Source: a bacterium
GTDB taxonomy: Bacteria; Fidelibacterota; Marinisomatia; Marinisomatales; TCS55
Length of the DNA: 64,000 bases
Assembly: GCA_004321715.1 (NCBI GenBank)
Contig: SGYN01000008.1
Location: 3,940 to 67,939, forward strand
Direction: 5' to 3'
Shown: in pieces, positions 9,157-19,372 of the stretch
How positions within the stretch are numbered: the stretch's first letter is position 1
How the letters are laid out: every line of letters starts with the position of its first letter
Translations under genes and position numbers: made by a program
The notes under the pieces: generated by a model
Seen by the model: only the letters and a program-made list of their open reading frames with translations
Databases searched by the model: none
What the model was told of the DNA's origin: nothing

Positions 9157-11325
9157 TTATGACATTTTCTTCAATTTAGCAAATTTAACTATAAGTTTCT
9201 TTTTTAACCCATTTTTAAAAGCTACGCCAACTCTTTGGTTTTCTCCACTACCACTTAACGCCATAATTTTTCCTTCACCAAAAATCGCATGTTCAACTGC
9301 GTCACCCACTTTAAAATCATCAAAAGTTGTGATTGTTCGTTTTATTTTCATTTTTATAGTGCCGGTATTTGTCTTTACAATTTTTCTAGTCATTGCTGAA
9401 GAAAATGATATATTCTCCATAAAATCCTCTGGAATTTCTTTGATAAAACGTGATGCGACTCCGCCCCAACTATCAGAACCACTTCTTCTTCTATCCGTAG
9501 CATATAATAAATAAACCATTTCCTGCGATCTAGTTAAAGCAACATAAAATAATCGTCTTTCTTCTTCCATTATTTGTTGCTCATTCAACGCAATTGATAA
9601 GGGAAATAATCCATCTTCAAGACCAGTTACAAATACTACTGGGAACTCAAGTCCTTTAGAAGCATGAACTGTCATCATTGTTACATAATTATCATCCGTA
9701 TTCCATTCATCTATATCTGTTAACAATGAAACTTCTTCAAGAAAATCAGATATAGACGCACTAGGATTTCTATCCATAAACTCATCAATTGAGTTCAGAA
9801 TCTCTAATACATTATCATATCTTTCATTATCCTCAATATTATCCTGCTTTTTATAAAAATTTAGCACACCTACTTCTTCCACTAGAGCTCTTGCTAGCTC
9901 GCTAGCATTCAGTTTTGTTAATAATTGATTATATTTCTTTATTAATTTGTAAAAAGCTATTAGTGAATCACCTTGTTTTCCACGAATTTTCATGGGTTCC
10001 GGGTTATTGAGCACATCAAATATTTTTTTATTATCCTTAACAGATTGGATAAAACATTTATCAACTGTTTTTAAACCAATTCCTCTTGGAGGAAAATTAA
10101 TTATCCTCCTTAAAGAAATTGTATCATCTATGTTTACAATTAAACGTAAATAACCCAAAACATCTTTAACTTCTTTTCGTTCATAAAAACGAGTTCCGCC
10201 AATAATCTTATAAGGGATAGCGCTTCTTCGAAAACTATCTTCTAATGCTCTAGATTGGGAGTTAGTTCTAAAGAGTACAGAAAAATCATTAAAAGTACGC
10301 TTTTTCATTTTTATTTCTTTCTGTAACGCATTAATTACCGCATCAGCTTCTTCCATTTCATCATGCGTTTCAATAACACCAATCAAATCACCTTCACCCT
10401 TAACTGATAATAAATCTTTATCAACCCTATCTGAATTGTTACGAACAACAGATTGTGCAGCTTGTAAAATTTGATTTGTTGATCTATAATTATTTTCTAA
10501 AGTAAAAATTTCACATTCAGTAAAATATTTTTCAAAATCTAAAATATTTCTTATATCAGCCCCTCGCCAACCATATATAGATTGATCATCATCTCCAACA
10601 ACACAAATATTTCTATGTTTTTCAGCTAACATTTTAACAAATAAAAATTGTGCTTTATTTGTATCCTGATATTCATCGACCAACACGTATTTCCATGCCT
10701 TTTGATATTTATTTAGTATTCTAGGATGATTATTGAAAATCTCTAATGGAAAATTCAATAAATCATCAAAATCTAAAGCGTTATTCTCTTTTAATGATTT
10801 ATTATAAGATTTATATAAATCAACTATAGTTTTATCTTGTAATGTTTTAGCAGATTTTATAGCGGATTTAGGATTTATAAGTTTCGATTTGTAAAAACTA
10901 ATTTTATTTATTGCTGTTTTCGGCATAACACTATTCTTAGGTATATCCATTTCTGCCATAATAATTTTTATTAAAGAAATTTGATCAGATCTATCATAAA
11001 TAGCAAAATTCTTTGTAAACCCTAAGTGATTAATTTCATTCCTTAGCAGTTTTGCGCATATAGAATGAAAAGTTCCAATATTAAGAAATTCAATATTATT
11101 TTTTATTAAAGCATTCACCCGCTGTTTCATCACATCAGCAGCTTTATTTGTAAATGTAACTGCTAATATTTCTTCAGGTTTCACTACTCCTTTTTTGATT
11201 AGGTGTGAAATTTTGAAAGAAAGCACTCTTGTTTTACCGCTTCCTGCTCCAGCAAAAATTAATATTGGCTTATCTACTGCTTCTACAGCGGCTTTTTGGC
11301 TATTATTTAATTTTTTCAAATCCAT
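9157..11325 (-). CDS. pcrA: ATP-dependent DNA helicase, UvrD/PcrA family
   Basis: Walker A AGAGSGKTRVL, VDEYQDTN (motif II), YRS, VHASKGLEFPVVF. Confidence 0.9.
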   Translation of the reverse strand: MDLKKLNNSQKAAVEAVDKPILIFAGAGSGKTRVLSFKISHLIKKGVVKPEEILAVTFTNKAADVMKQRVNALIKNNIEFLNIGTFHSICAKLLRNEINHLGFTKNFAIYDRSDQISLIKIIMAEMDIPKNSVMPKTAINKISFYKSKLINPKSAIKSAKTLQDKTIVDLYKSYNKSLKENNALDFDDLLNFPLEIFNNHPRILNKYQKAWKYVLVDEYQDTNKAQFLFVKMLAEKHRNICVVGDDDQSIYGWRGADIRNILDFEKYFTECEIFTLENNYRSTNQILQAAQSVVRNNSDRVDKDLLSVKGEGDLIGVIETHDEMEEADAVINALQKEIKMKKRTFNDFSVLFRTNSQSRALEDSFRRSAIPYKIIGGTRFYERKEVKDVLGYLRLIVNIDDTISLRRIINFPPRGIGLKTVDKCFIQSVKDNKKIFDVLNNPEPMKIRGKQGDSLIAFYKLIKKYNQLLTKLNASELARALVEEVGVLNFYKKQDNIEDNERYDNVLEILNSIDEFMDRNPSASISDFLEEVSLLTDIDEWNTDDNYVTMMTVHASKGLEFPVVFVTGLEDGLFPLSIALNEQQIMEEERRLFYVALTRSQEMVYLLYATDRRRSGSDSWGGVASRFIKEIPEDFMENISFSSAMTRKIVKTNTGTIKMKIKRTITTFDDFKVGDAVEHAIFGEGKIMALSGSGENQRVGVAFKNGLKKKLIVKFAKLKKMS

Positions 11326-11334
11326 ATGATTTAA

Positions 11335-12393
11335 TTATTTCCCTTCAGATTCAATTTTATTCTTTAGTCTATTAACTCTCCTGCGAACTTCCTGAAATTT
11401 CCTTTTGGCCTTATTATGATCTTTTTCATTCTTTGTAAATGTATGATATCCATCTCCTTTAGCTACGAAATACAAAAATTCATTAACACTTGGGTATAAA
11501 GCTGCAATAATAGATTCTTTACCGGGATTATTTATTGGACCAGGAGGTAATCCTTTGTAAAGATATGTATTATAATTTGATTTAATTTTTAAATCATGAT
11601 TTAGTAAGCGTCTTGGACCATCATCAATTATATATTGAATAGTGGGATCCGCTTGTAATTTCATTCCTTTTTTTAACCGATTATGATACACTGCTGAAAT
11701 AATTGAACGCTCAGAATCATATATCGCTTCACCCTCAATAATAGATGCTAATGTAATTACCTCTAGGATAGATAAACCGAGTTCTTGCGCCTGTACTTCC
11801 ATCGATTTGGAAATATTATTTTTAAATTCATTTACCATCCTTGTCAATACTAAATAAGGATCAATCCCTTCTGCAAAAGAATAGGTGTCAGGAAACAAAT
11901 AACCTTCGAATGAATTTCCTTCAAGATTAAATAATCTTATCATTCTTTTATTATGACATAAACTTAAAAAACTTTTTTTATTTATTTTTAATTTTGCTTC
12001 CAATTCATTAGCTATTTCATCAATTGTCCATCCTTCTAATACAGTAATTCTTTTTAATGAAGGCGCTCCATAAACCAACTGATTGATTATAGTCCTATTG
12101 TTCAATGCATTATGAAGAATATATCTTCCTGCAGGAATATTTTTTTCATGTCCTAATGATTTTACTGCCATTGTAAATGTTCTTTTGTTTGAAATAATAT
12201 TTCTTTCTTTTAAGATATCACCTATCTTAGATAAAGTGACCCCTCTTGGAATATTAATTTCCACACGTTCATAGGGATTTGACTGAGGCCAGTAAATAAC
12301 TAGTAAATAGAATGCTAATATACTTGCAATGACGATACCAGCAATACTTCCTACAGTTTTTATCCCCGGATTAAACTGTTTTATATCCAGCAT
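11335..12393 (-). CDS. mltG: endolytic murein transglycosylase MltG (YceG family)
   Basis: N-terminal TM helix, ASIIEGEA catalytic-Glu motif, C-terminal YNTYLYKGLPPGPINNPG. Confidence 0.9.
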   Translation of the reverse strand: MLDIKQFNPGIKTVGSIAGIVIASILAFYLLVIYWPQSNPYERVEINIPRGVTLSKIGDILKERNIISNKRTFTMAVKSLGHEKNIPAGRYILHNALNNRTIINQLVYGAPSLKRITVLEGWTIDEIANELEAKLKINKKSFLSLCHNKRMIRLFNLEGNSFEGYLFPDTYSFAEGIDPYLVLTRMVNEFKNNISKSMEVQAQELGLSILEVITLASIIEGEAIYDSERSIISAVYHNRLKKGMKLQADPTIQYIIDDGPRRLLNHDLKIKSNYNTYLYKGLPPGPINNPGKESIIAALYPSVNEFLYFVAKGDGYHTFTKNEKDHNKAKRKFQEVRRRVNRLKNKIESEGK

Positions 12394-12481
12394 ATGTGGG
12401 GCGGAAAGATACTGATTTACTTAAAATAAAGTCAATTCATTGTAAAAAAATAAATAATTGACTGTATTTAAAATGTTAGAC

Positions 12482-13459
12482 TTATAATTGATTAATAATG
12501 CTCTTAGGAAAGTGCATTGTAACTAACATATTAGGTACATCAACTACTTCAGCAATATGAAGATCTCCAACTAAAGAACACAACATATATGCATCTTCAT
12601 CTGTTATATCATAATTATTTATTAAATGATCAATCATATAATTAACTGCTTTTTTTGTAGCAATATCTATAGTCTCTCCAAAACCTGTAACAGCATAATA
12701 ATCATCATTTTCATATTGAGGTTCTTCAATAGCGGGTTTATTCTTTAAAACACGTAACCTGTATGTAATAGTCATAGGTGCCTCTATCGCTGTACCACAT
12801 ACCTCTCCTAGACCCTGTATTGCATGCGCATCACCAATAGAGAATAAAGCACCTTTAACAAAGATTGGAAAATATACTGTAGTTCCTTCTGTTAAATTAG
12901 GATCATCCATATTACCACCATTTGCTCTAGGAGGGATAGTGCTTAACATCTCATCAGTTGCCGGAGCAACACCCATTACTCCTGGAAACGGCTTTAGGTC
13001 TAATTGTACTTTATCATTAAATGTAGCTGTACTCGTAAGTGTATTAATTTTATGAACAGTAAGTTTTGCATCTGGAAACCGTTCAGAAAGAAAACCAAAA
13101 CCAGGTACAATTGCTTGCCAACCATAATCATGTAATTCTATTTCCAGTAAATCAACAGCCAAAATATCACCCACTTCAGCTTCATCAATATATACAGGTC
13201 CAGTAAGTGGGTGAATCGGACCAAAATCAATATTCTTAAGATCATCAATATTCGCATTTCGGTGAAGTTGACCATCTGATGCCTCATGTGTATCAACTTT
13301 AATAACTGATCCAGTAGAAACCCTTATAACTGGCGGAATAGCGCTACTAAACTTGTTATGCTTTTGTTCTGCAGAAAGAACATAATCTGGAATAATTCCT
13401 GCTTCTTCGGAACAAGAAATAATTATTAGTGCTAAGAAAATGAAAACATAATTTTTCAT
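12482..13459 (-). CDS. acetamidase/formamidase-family amidohydrolase with lipoprotein signal peptide
   Basis: Lipobox LIIISC. GPVYIDEAEVGDILAV, GGNMD and IGDAHAIQGLGEV resemble FmdA/AmdA family motifs. Strong SD: AAGGAGG, then 5 nt, then ATG. Confidence 0.7.
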   Translation of the reverse strand: MKNYVFIFLALIIISCSEEAGIIPDYVLSAEQKHNKFSSAIPPVIRVSTGSVIKVDTHEASDGQLHRNANIDDLKNIDFGPIHPLTGPVYIDEAEVGDILAVDLLEIELHDYGWQAIVPGFGFLSERFPDAKLTVHKINTLTSTATFNDKVQLDLKPFPGVMGVAPATDEMLSTIPPRANGGNMDDPNLTEGTTVYFPIFVKGALFSIGDAHAIQGLGEVCGTAIEAPMTITYRLRVLKNKPAIEEPQYENDDYYAVTGFGETIDIATKKAVNYMIDHLINNYDITDEDAYMLCSLVGDLHIAEVVDVPNMLVTMHFPKSIINQL

Positions 13460-13500
13460 GATTACCTCCTTAAAAAAATAATAATTATGAACTGAAAATA

Positions 13501-13527
13501 AAAGAGGCTCTAAAAAGAGCCTCTTTT
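13501..13527. terminator. intrinsic terminator hairpin (flanked by A/T tracts on both sides)
   Basis: AAAGAGGCTC-TAAAAA-GAGCCTCTTT is a perfect 10-bp stem. On the minus strand it is followed by TTTTATTTT, 26 nt after the SusD-like stop. Confidence 0.8.
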
Positions 13528-13555
13528 ATAATCATTATTAATATTTATAATGAAA

Positions 13556-14797
13556 TTAACTACCAGGTACTTCTGTTTCAGGTTTTGGATATGAATCGAA
13601 AACCACATCACCATCTCTATCTAAAGGAAGTTCACCTGTAAGTCCATAATGTCTCATATCAATCCATCTATGTCCTTCTAGAAATAAGGAATAACGCTTT
13701 TCATGGAGCAACTGAGTTAATCCACCACTTGCTGCATCAGTTAAACCGTGAGCAGCCCTCACAACATTTATTTCAGTGAGGCCATCTCCAGAACCACTTC
13801 CAATTGTTGCTTCAGCTTTAAGAAGAACTAACTCCTCATTACGGATAATTGCAATTGGATCGTAATCACCAGTCCAAATCGTTGGAGCTAAATCACTAGT
13901 TAATCCATCATATGTAATTTCCGTAGACCTTTTAACTACTTTACTTGAAAAGCGAGGATCACCTGCTTCAGCATCTGTCTCAAAAGAAGGATGAGCCATA
14001 AGCCTAATAAATGAACCAGTAGGGTCAGCATACATTCCATTACTTTGATCTCCTTGACCAGAACTATAAACATGGTGAACACCATGAGACATATCTCCAG
14101 CTGGGTCCATAAAAGAATTATCTAAAGCAGTTAGCGCAACGGACCAGTCATCCATATAAACGGCTACTCTAGCCCTTAATGCCCTGTTAAACTGAGCAAA
14201 TGTAGCTGGAGTATCAAACCCAGCAAATCCACTTGATAACGTGAAGCTAAAAGAACTACCTGCACTATTAAGTTCAGCATATCCAGCATCTAATAAAGCA
14301 GCCACTTCTGTCCAACCAGCTGCTTTTGAAACAAAGTCAGATTCTAGACCGTTATATGGCGCTATTTTACAACCATTTTCATTTTGCATACTTAGAACTA
14401 ATGAAAGCTGATATGCTTCAATAGTTTTTGCAAATCCTGAAGCTCCAGCATCATCAGCAAACTGCGTAATAAGTATACGACAATTTGCTATCACACTGTA
14501 GCGAGCTGCCCAAGGAGAGTATACCAAAAAACCACCAGGGTCAAGAGGACCTCTAAGTAATTCTCCCGTATAACGAGGGTCAGCTGGTTCTAAGTAATAC
14601 GATTCACGACCTACTGAACTAACTTCACGAAGATAGAGTCCATATGATGAACGCATACCTGCTTCAGCACCTGTGACAAGTGTTTGTATCGATGCCACAT
14701 CTGTTGAAGGTGCATTTGGATCTGGAAATTCTAGATCTTCACATCCAAACCATAAAGTTACTAAGAGTAGGGGTAATATATTTTTTAAGTTATTCAT
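13556..14797 (-). CDS. RagB/SusD-family outer-membrane lipoprotein (short, 413 aa)
   Basis: Lipobox LWFGC. IRNEELVLLKAEA and LLHEKRYSLFLEGHRWIDMRHYG are typical SusD C-terminal motifs. Immediately downstream of SusC. SD AGGAGG. Confidence 0.75.
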   Translation of the reverse strand: MNNLKNILPLLLVTLWFGCEDLEFPDPNAPSTDVASIQTLVTGAEAGMRSSYGLYLREVSSVGRESYYLEPADPRYTGELLRGPLDPGGFLVYSPWAARYSVIANCRILITQFADDAGASGFAKTIEAYQLSLVLSMQNENGCKIAPYNGLESDFVSKAAGWTEVAALLDAGYAELNSAGSSFSFTLSSGFAGFDTPATFAQFNRALRARVAVYMDDWSVALTALDNSFMDPAGDMSHGVHHVYSSGQGDQSNGMYADPTGSFIRLMAHPSFETDAEAGDPRFSSKVVKRSTEITYDGLTSDLAPTIWTGDYDPIAIIRNEELVLLKAEATIGSGSGDGLTEINVVRAAHGLTDAASGGLTQLLHEKRYSLFLEGHRWIDMRHYGLTGELPLDRDGDVVFDSYPKPETEVPGS

Positions 14798-14806
14798 TGT
14801 TACCTC

Positions 14807-17758
14807 CTATAAACCTACTGAAACATTAAAATATAAAGCTTTAGACATTGGATAAGGACCTGTATCAACAGAACCACCAACGGCTACATTACCAAATTGA
14901 CTAACATCTGGATTCCAACCAGAATAATCAGTGCTTAACCAAAAATCCCTGGCTGAAACACCAACCTGCATACTAGAAACTTTTCCAGCAAGTAATGATT
15001 TAGGTACATCCCAATTAAAACTTAATTCGGATAACCTGACATAGCTTCCATCCTCGATATATGGAGCAGTAACACCACCCAATACAGTTAGTCTTTCAGG
15101 ACCATCTCCATCCATTGCACCATCATCATTAAGATCTAAGGTTTGATCATCATAATCATACGTTGTTCCACCCAAATCAGCGATCAATTTTTGAAGATTA
15201 ATAATATCTCCACCTTGCTTAATATCAATATGAGCTACAAGGCTGAAAGCACCAAACTGAACTCTATTATTCAGACCCATTACAAAATCTGGTGTTTCAT
15301 TACCTAACACTTTATGCACACCATTAGCGTCCAATTCAGCTCCAACCATTGTATGGGGAGACCAACCTTTCTCAATACGGTAAGCGCCTAAAAATGTTGC
15401 AAAACCACCAGTATTGTATGGATCTACATCAAGTCTAGTGATTTCTGAAGAAGTAGTATAGTAAGATAGTCTACTTACCCAGTTCATATCTTTTGTTCTC
15501 ACTGGATTAAGTACAAGATCTAATTCCATACCTTTCGTTTCCATATCACCAGCATTTGCCCACTTATTTGTATAACCAGTTGAAGGAGCTTCCTCAACTT
15601 CTAGTAATAAACCTGTGATATTTTGATTATATAATGTGAACTCAAATCCAAGTAGACCATTCATGATTGAACCATCAACACCGTACTCAAGTTCTGCCAT
15701 TTCTTCTGGCGCAATATCATCTAGGCCTTTTAAACCACTGGTTACCAAGCCAGACATGCCTCCGATATTTGAAGGAGACATAGCAGTATATTTAGCAAAT
15801 GGTTTAGGCATATTTCCTGTTACACCATAAGATGTTCTTACTTTCAAGTCATCGAATACCGCTAGTTGACCAGTACGGTACGAAGCTGCAAACTTTGGAT
15901 ACATATGTGATTTTTCAGTATCACCAAGTGTGCTGCTACGATCAGAGCGAACACCAAGCGAAACATGAATATTTTCACCAACAGCTACCTCTTCTTGAAC
16001 AAACCAACCACGATCCTGCTGTTTCCGTCTAGTCTGTAAGGCAGAAGTCGCTGCTGATTGATCAATATTTGTTTGCGTAACAACCATACCTGAAGCAATA
16101 ATCATTGAATTATTATAATCCAGCGTTTCTGCCTGGTATCCTGCAGTAGTATTAAGTTTCATTCCACCAAGAGACATACGATGCGCCAAATTAAATGAAG
16201 CATTCGTGTTCAAACTACTGTGATTTGATAATACAGATGACCCTGGATTTGATTTAAGTTGTTCATCTTGAAGTTCAGGTGGAGAAAATACCGTATTTTC
16301 CTGACCTACATAATCCGCACTTAAAGTTCCAATTAAGTCAAGACTCATATCAGAACCTCTCATAAGATTATAATCTAACCTTGTACTTCCCATCGCACGA
16401 TTCACAGTTTCTTCATTAGTAAGCACAGCTGATTCATGCAGTGGATTAGATGCATTTGTAGGATGTATCGGCCAAGTTCCATCACTATTTTGACGAATAT
16501 CTATAAAACTTGGTGTAGCAGCAATAGCAAAATTAAATGATTTACCACTATTATCGTTTCCAGTTATACCTCTATCAGAAAAAGTATTAGCTAAATACGC
16601 AGTAGTTGCAACCTTCAACTTATCATTTACTCTATGATCAACATTTGCACGACCTGAAACACGCTTATATCCTCTATTTACAATGATATCACCTTCATCA
16701 AGATATTGACCAGAAAGAAAAAACTGAGTGGATTGATCCCCCCCAGTTACACTTAATGATGTTTCTTTAAGACTTCCTGTTTCACCATACAAAACATCTT
16801 CATAGTCTATTTGTCTATTTGCCCAGTTACCAGCAGCATCATTTCCTAAAGCCGCAACATCTGCACCATACTGAGCTTCTGCCTCATCATAGGTCTCAAA
16901 AACACGAAAGCCTTGCTTGTTAATTATACTTCTAGAGCCAAAACGTTGTGAAACATTCACTTTAGTTTTTCCTGACATACCACGCTTGGTAGTTATGATA
17001 ACCACACCATTTGACGCTTTTGCACCATATATAGCTGCAGCACTAGCGCCTTTAAGAACTTCAACGCTCTCAATATCGCTTGGGTTAATATCTGCAATAC
17101 GGTTCGTAGGCTGCCCCTGCGGTCTAGCGCTACCAGCACCAGTTGCAGCACTAACTACATCAATACCTGATTGATTAGCAAAGTTATTTACGATGATTCC
17201 ATCAACTACATATAATGGTTGTGTTTCACCAGCTATGGTTGCTACTCCACGAAGATTTACACTCATACCACCACCAGGAGCACCAGTATTTCTACGTATA
17301 TGAACACCAGCAAATTTTCCACCCAATGCTTGATCTAATGATTGACTAGGTGATCCATTTAATTCATCACCAGATACTTTGGCAACAGCAGTAGCTAAGT
17401 TACGTCTCTTAACTGAGGAAGCGAGACCAGTAACCACAACTTCATCTTGTCTTAGTACATCAGGTTCAAGCTGTACACTTAGTAAAGCCTGACCATCTGC
17501 AACACCTACTTCTTGTGATTTATAACCAATATAATTAACAACCAATGTGGCACCTGCCTCAATATCTAATGAGAATGCTCCATTATCATCAGTCGTTGTC
17601 CCAACAAATGTGCCCTTTACAAATACTTGAGCACCAAGAAGTGCTTCTCCTGTTTGGGCATCTGATACAGTTCCTGATACAGTCATTGCCTGCGCAGATA
17701 TCATCTGCACACATAATAATGACATAACCAGAAACAGCATATTATTTTGCTTTTTCAT
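14807..17758 (-). CDS. SusC/RagA-family TonB-dependent outer-membrane transporter
   Basis: Signal peptide MKKQNNMLFLVMSLLCVQMISAQA. CarboxypepD_reg-like VSGTVSDAQTGEALLGAQVFVKG. Plug motif VEVLKGASAAAIYGAKASNGVVIITTKRG. I chose the start at ATG 17758 (AGGAGG lies 10 nt upstream) instead of the ORF-track start at 17860. Confidence 0.9.
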   Translation of the reverse strand: MKKQNNMLFLVMSLLCVQMISAQAMTVSGTVSDAQTGEALLGAQVFVKGTFVGTTTDDNGAFSLDIEAGATLVVNYIGYKSQEVGVADGQALLSVQLEPDVLRQDEVVVTGLASSVKRRNLATAVAKVSGDELNGSPSQSLDQALGGKFAGVHIRRNTGAPGGGMSVNLRGVATIAGETQPLYVVDGIIVNNFANQSGIDVVSAATGAGSARPQGQPTNRIADINPSDIESVEVLKGASAAAIYGAKASNGVVIITTKRGMSGKTKVNVSQRFGSRSIINKQGFRVFETYDEAEAQYGADVAALGNDAAGNWANRQIDYEDVLYGETGSLKETSLSVTGGDQSTQFFLSGQYLDEGDIIVNRGYKRVSGRANVDHRVNDKLKVATTAYLANTFSDRGITGNDNSGKSFNFAIAATPSFIDIRQNSDGTWPIHPTNASNPLHESAVLTNEETVNRAMGSTRLDYNLMRGSDMSLDLIGTLSADYVGQENTVFSPPELQDEQLKSNPGSSVLSNHSSLNTNASFNLAHRMSLGGMKLNTTAGYQAETLDYNNSMIIASGMVVTQTNIDQSAATSALQTRRKQQDRGWFVQEEVAVGENIHVSLGVRSDRSSTLGDTEKSHMYPKFAASYRTGQLAVFDDLKVRTSYGVTGNMPKPFAKYTAMSPSNIGGMSGLVTSGLKGLDDIAPEEMAELEYGVDGSIMNGLLGFEFTLYNQNITGLLLEVEEAPSTGYTNKWANAGDMETKGMELDLVLNPVRTKDMNWVSRLSYYTTSSEITRLDVDPYNTGGFATFLGAYRIEKGWSPHTMVGAELDANGVHKVLGNETPDFVMGLNNRVQFGAFSLVAHIDIKQGGDIINLQKLIADLGGTTYDYDDQTLDLNDDGAMDGDGPERLTVLGGVTAPYIEDGSYVRLSELSFNWDVPKSLLAGKVSSMQVGVSARDFWLSTDYSGWNPDVSQFGNVAVGGSVDTGPYPMSKALYFNVSVGL

Positions 17759-17998
17759 GGCAAATACGCCTCCTATTTTAAAATTACCGTCAAAAAAATA
17801 AAAAAAAACACCCACAGACAGTCCATAACTGTCTATGGATGCTCCTCTCCAAAGCAACATTAAAACAATATTTCATAGCTGTCAACAATTATTTTAAAAT
17901 TGTTTAGTTTTAAAATAAAATATTTATGTTAAACACCTAACATAGTTATGAGGAAAACCATTGTGATGCCAACTATGATAATGTAATTTTGCCGCCTC

Positions 17999-18226
17999 AT
18001 GGGTAATCAAAATAATCCTGAAAAAATACAATTAATTGAAGGCTGGTCATTTAATAAGACTAATTATATCATATTTTTTATCGGAGTACTTTTCATTATT
18101 TTCGGATATATTATTATGGCAACTGGAACAGTAAATAGTTTTCAAAGTTTAACATTAGCTCCAATTATGTTGTTCTTAGGATATATTATATTTATTCCTG
18201 CTAGTTTAATTTATCAGGAAAAATAG
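17999..18226 (+). CDS. small two-TM membrane protein (DUF3098-like, tentative)
   Basis: 75 aa with two clear hydrophobic helices (YIIFFIGVLFIIFGYIIMA and LAPIMLFLGYIIFIPASLI). No motif evidence beyond topology. Confidence 0.45.
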   Translation: MGNQNNPEKIQLIEGWSFNKTNYIIFFIGVLFIIFGYIIMATGTVNSFQSLTLAPIMLFLGYIIFIPASLIYQEK

Positions 18227-18233
18227 ATTTACA

Positions 18234-18307
<74 letters not shown>

Positions 18308-18311
18308 CAAT

Positions 18312-18342
18312 AAAAAACCCTATTCTTTGATAGGGTTTTTTT
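18312..18342. terminator. bidirectional intrinsic terminator between tRNA-Asp and gap
   Basis: AAAAAACCCTAT-TCTTTG-ATAGGGTTTTTTT: an A-tract lies upstream and a T-tract downstream, so it reads as a terminator on both strands. Confidence 0.8.
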
Positions 18343-18367
18343 ATTAGGTATTATTCTAAGAATACAA

Positions 18368-19372
18368 TTATAATAATTTCCCTAAAAGTAACATTAAATC
18401 CACTACTCTATTAGAATATCCCCATTCATTATCATACCAGTTTAGAGTTTTAACAAAAGTTTTATCAATAACTCTAGTAAATGGTGCATCAAAAATTGAA
18501 GAATGTTTATTTCCTATAATATCAGTTGAGACAACAGGTAAATTTGAATATTCAAGCACCCCAGACATCGAATCATCCTTTGAAGCGGCCAAAACGGATT
18601 CATTAATCATATCAATAGTTACATCTTGATTTAACCTAACATTAAGATCAACAACCGAACCATCAGGAACAGGAACACGCATAGCTATTCCATCAAGCTT
18701 TCCATCTAGCTCAGGCAAAACCTTACCAACCGCTCGAGCAGCACCCGTAGTTGTTGGAATCACATTTTCCGCAGCAGCTCTACTTCTTCTCCAATCCGAA
18801 TGAGGAACATCTGCTAATCTTTGATCGTTTGTATATGCATGAATTGTATTAATAACGCCCAGTTCAATACCAAAATTATCATTTAGTACTTTTGCCATTG
18901 GAGCTAGGCAATTTGTTGTACAACTTGCATTAGAAACAATTTGGTGTTCTTTACGTAATCCTTTATCATTGACACCAAGCACAACCATATAATCAATTTC
19001 ATCCTTTGGTGGGACTGTTAAAATTACTTTAGAACAACCAGCATCTAAGTGTTTTTGAAGTTGTTCTTTTTTTCGAAATATACCGGTTGATTCTACAACA
19101 ATATCTATTCCTAGATCTTTCCAGGGCAAATTTTCTGGTATCTTTTCAGATATTAATTTCACATGTTGTTCGCCTGCAGTTAGCATATCATTGTTCAATT
19201 CAACAGTTCCAGGGAAACGCCCCATCACAGTATCATACTTTAAAAGATAAACTAGCGCTTCCTTATCAAATATATCGTTAATTGCTACTAGCTCTATTTC
19301 TTCTCGTTGATTTAATACTCGAAATACTGAACGGCCGATACGACCAAATCCATTAATTGCTACTCTTATCAT
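18368..19372 (-). CDS. gap: glyceraldehyde-3-phosphate dehydrogenase, type I (canonical active site)
   Basis: INGFGRIGR Rossmann motif, SNASCTTNCLAP active-site Cys motif, TIHAYTNDQ, WYDNEWGYS. Confidence 0.9.
   Translation of the reverse strand: MIRVAINGFGRIGRSVFRVLNQREEIELVAINDIFDKEALVYLLKYDTVMGRFPGTVELNNDMLTAGEQHVKLISEKIPENLPWKDLGIDIVVESTGIFRKKEQLQKHLDAGCSKVILTVPPKDEIDYMVVLGVNDKGLRKEHQIVSNASCTTNCLAPMAKVLNDNFGIELGVINTIHAYTNDQRLADVPHSDWRRSRAAAENVIPTTTGAARAVGKVLPELDGKLDGIAMRVPVPDGSVVDLNVRLNQDVTIDMINESVLAASKDDSMSGVLEYSNLPVVSTDIIGNKHSSIFDAPFTRVIDKTFVKTLNWYDNEWGYSNRVVDLMLLLGKLL

Noticed and set aside
17759-17860. 34-codon N-terminal extension of the SusC ORF given in the ORF track (MLLWRGASIDSYGLSV...)
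   Set aside because: The ATG at 17758 is preceded by AGGAGG at 10 nt and opens a textbook signal peptide (MKKQNNMLFLVMSLLCVQMISAQA). The extension has no such features.
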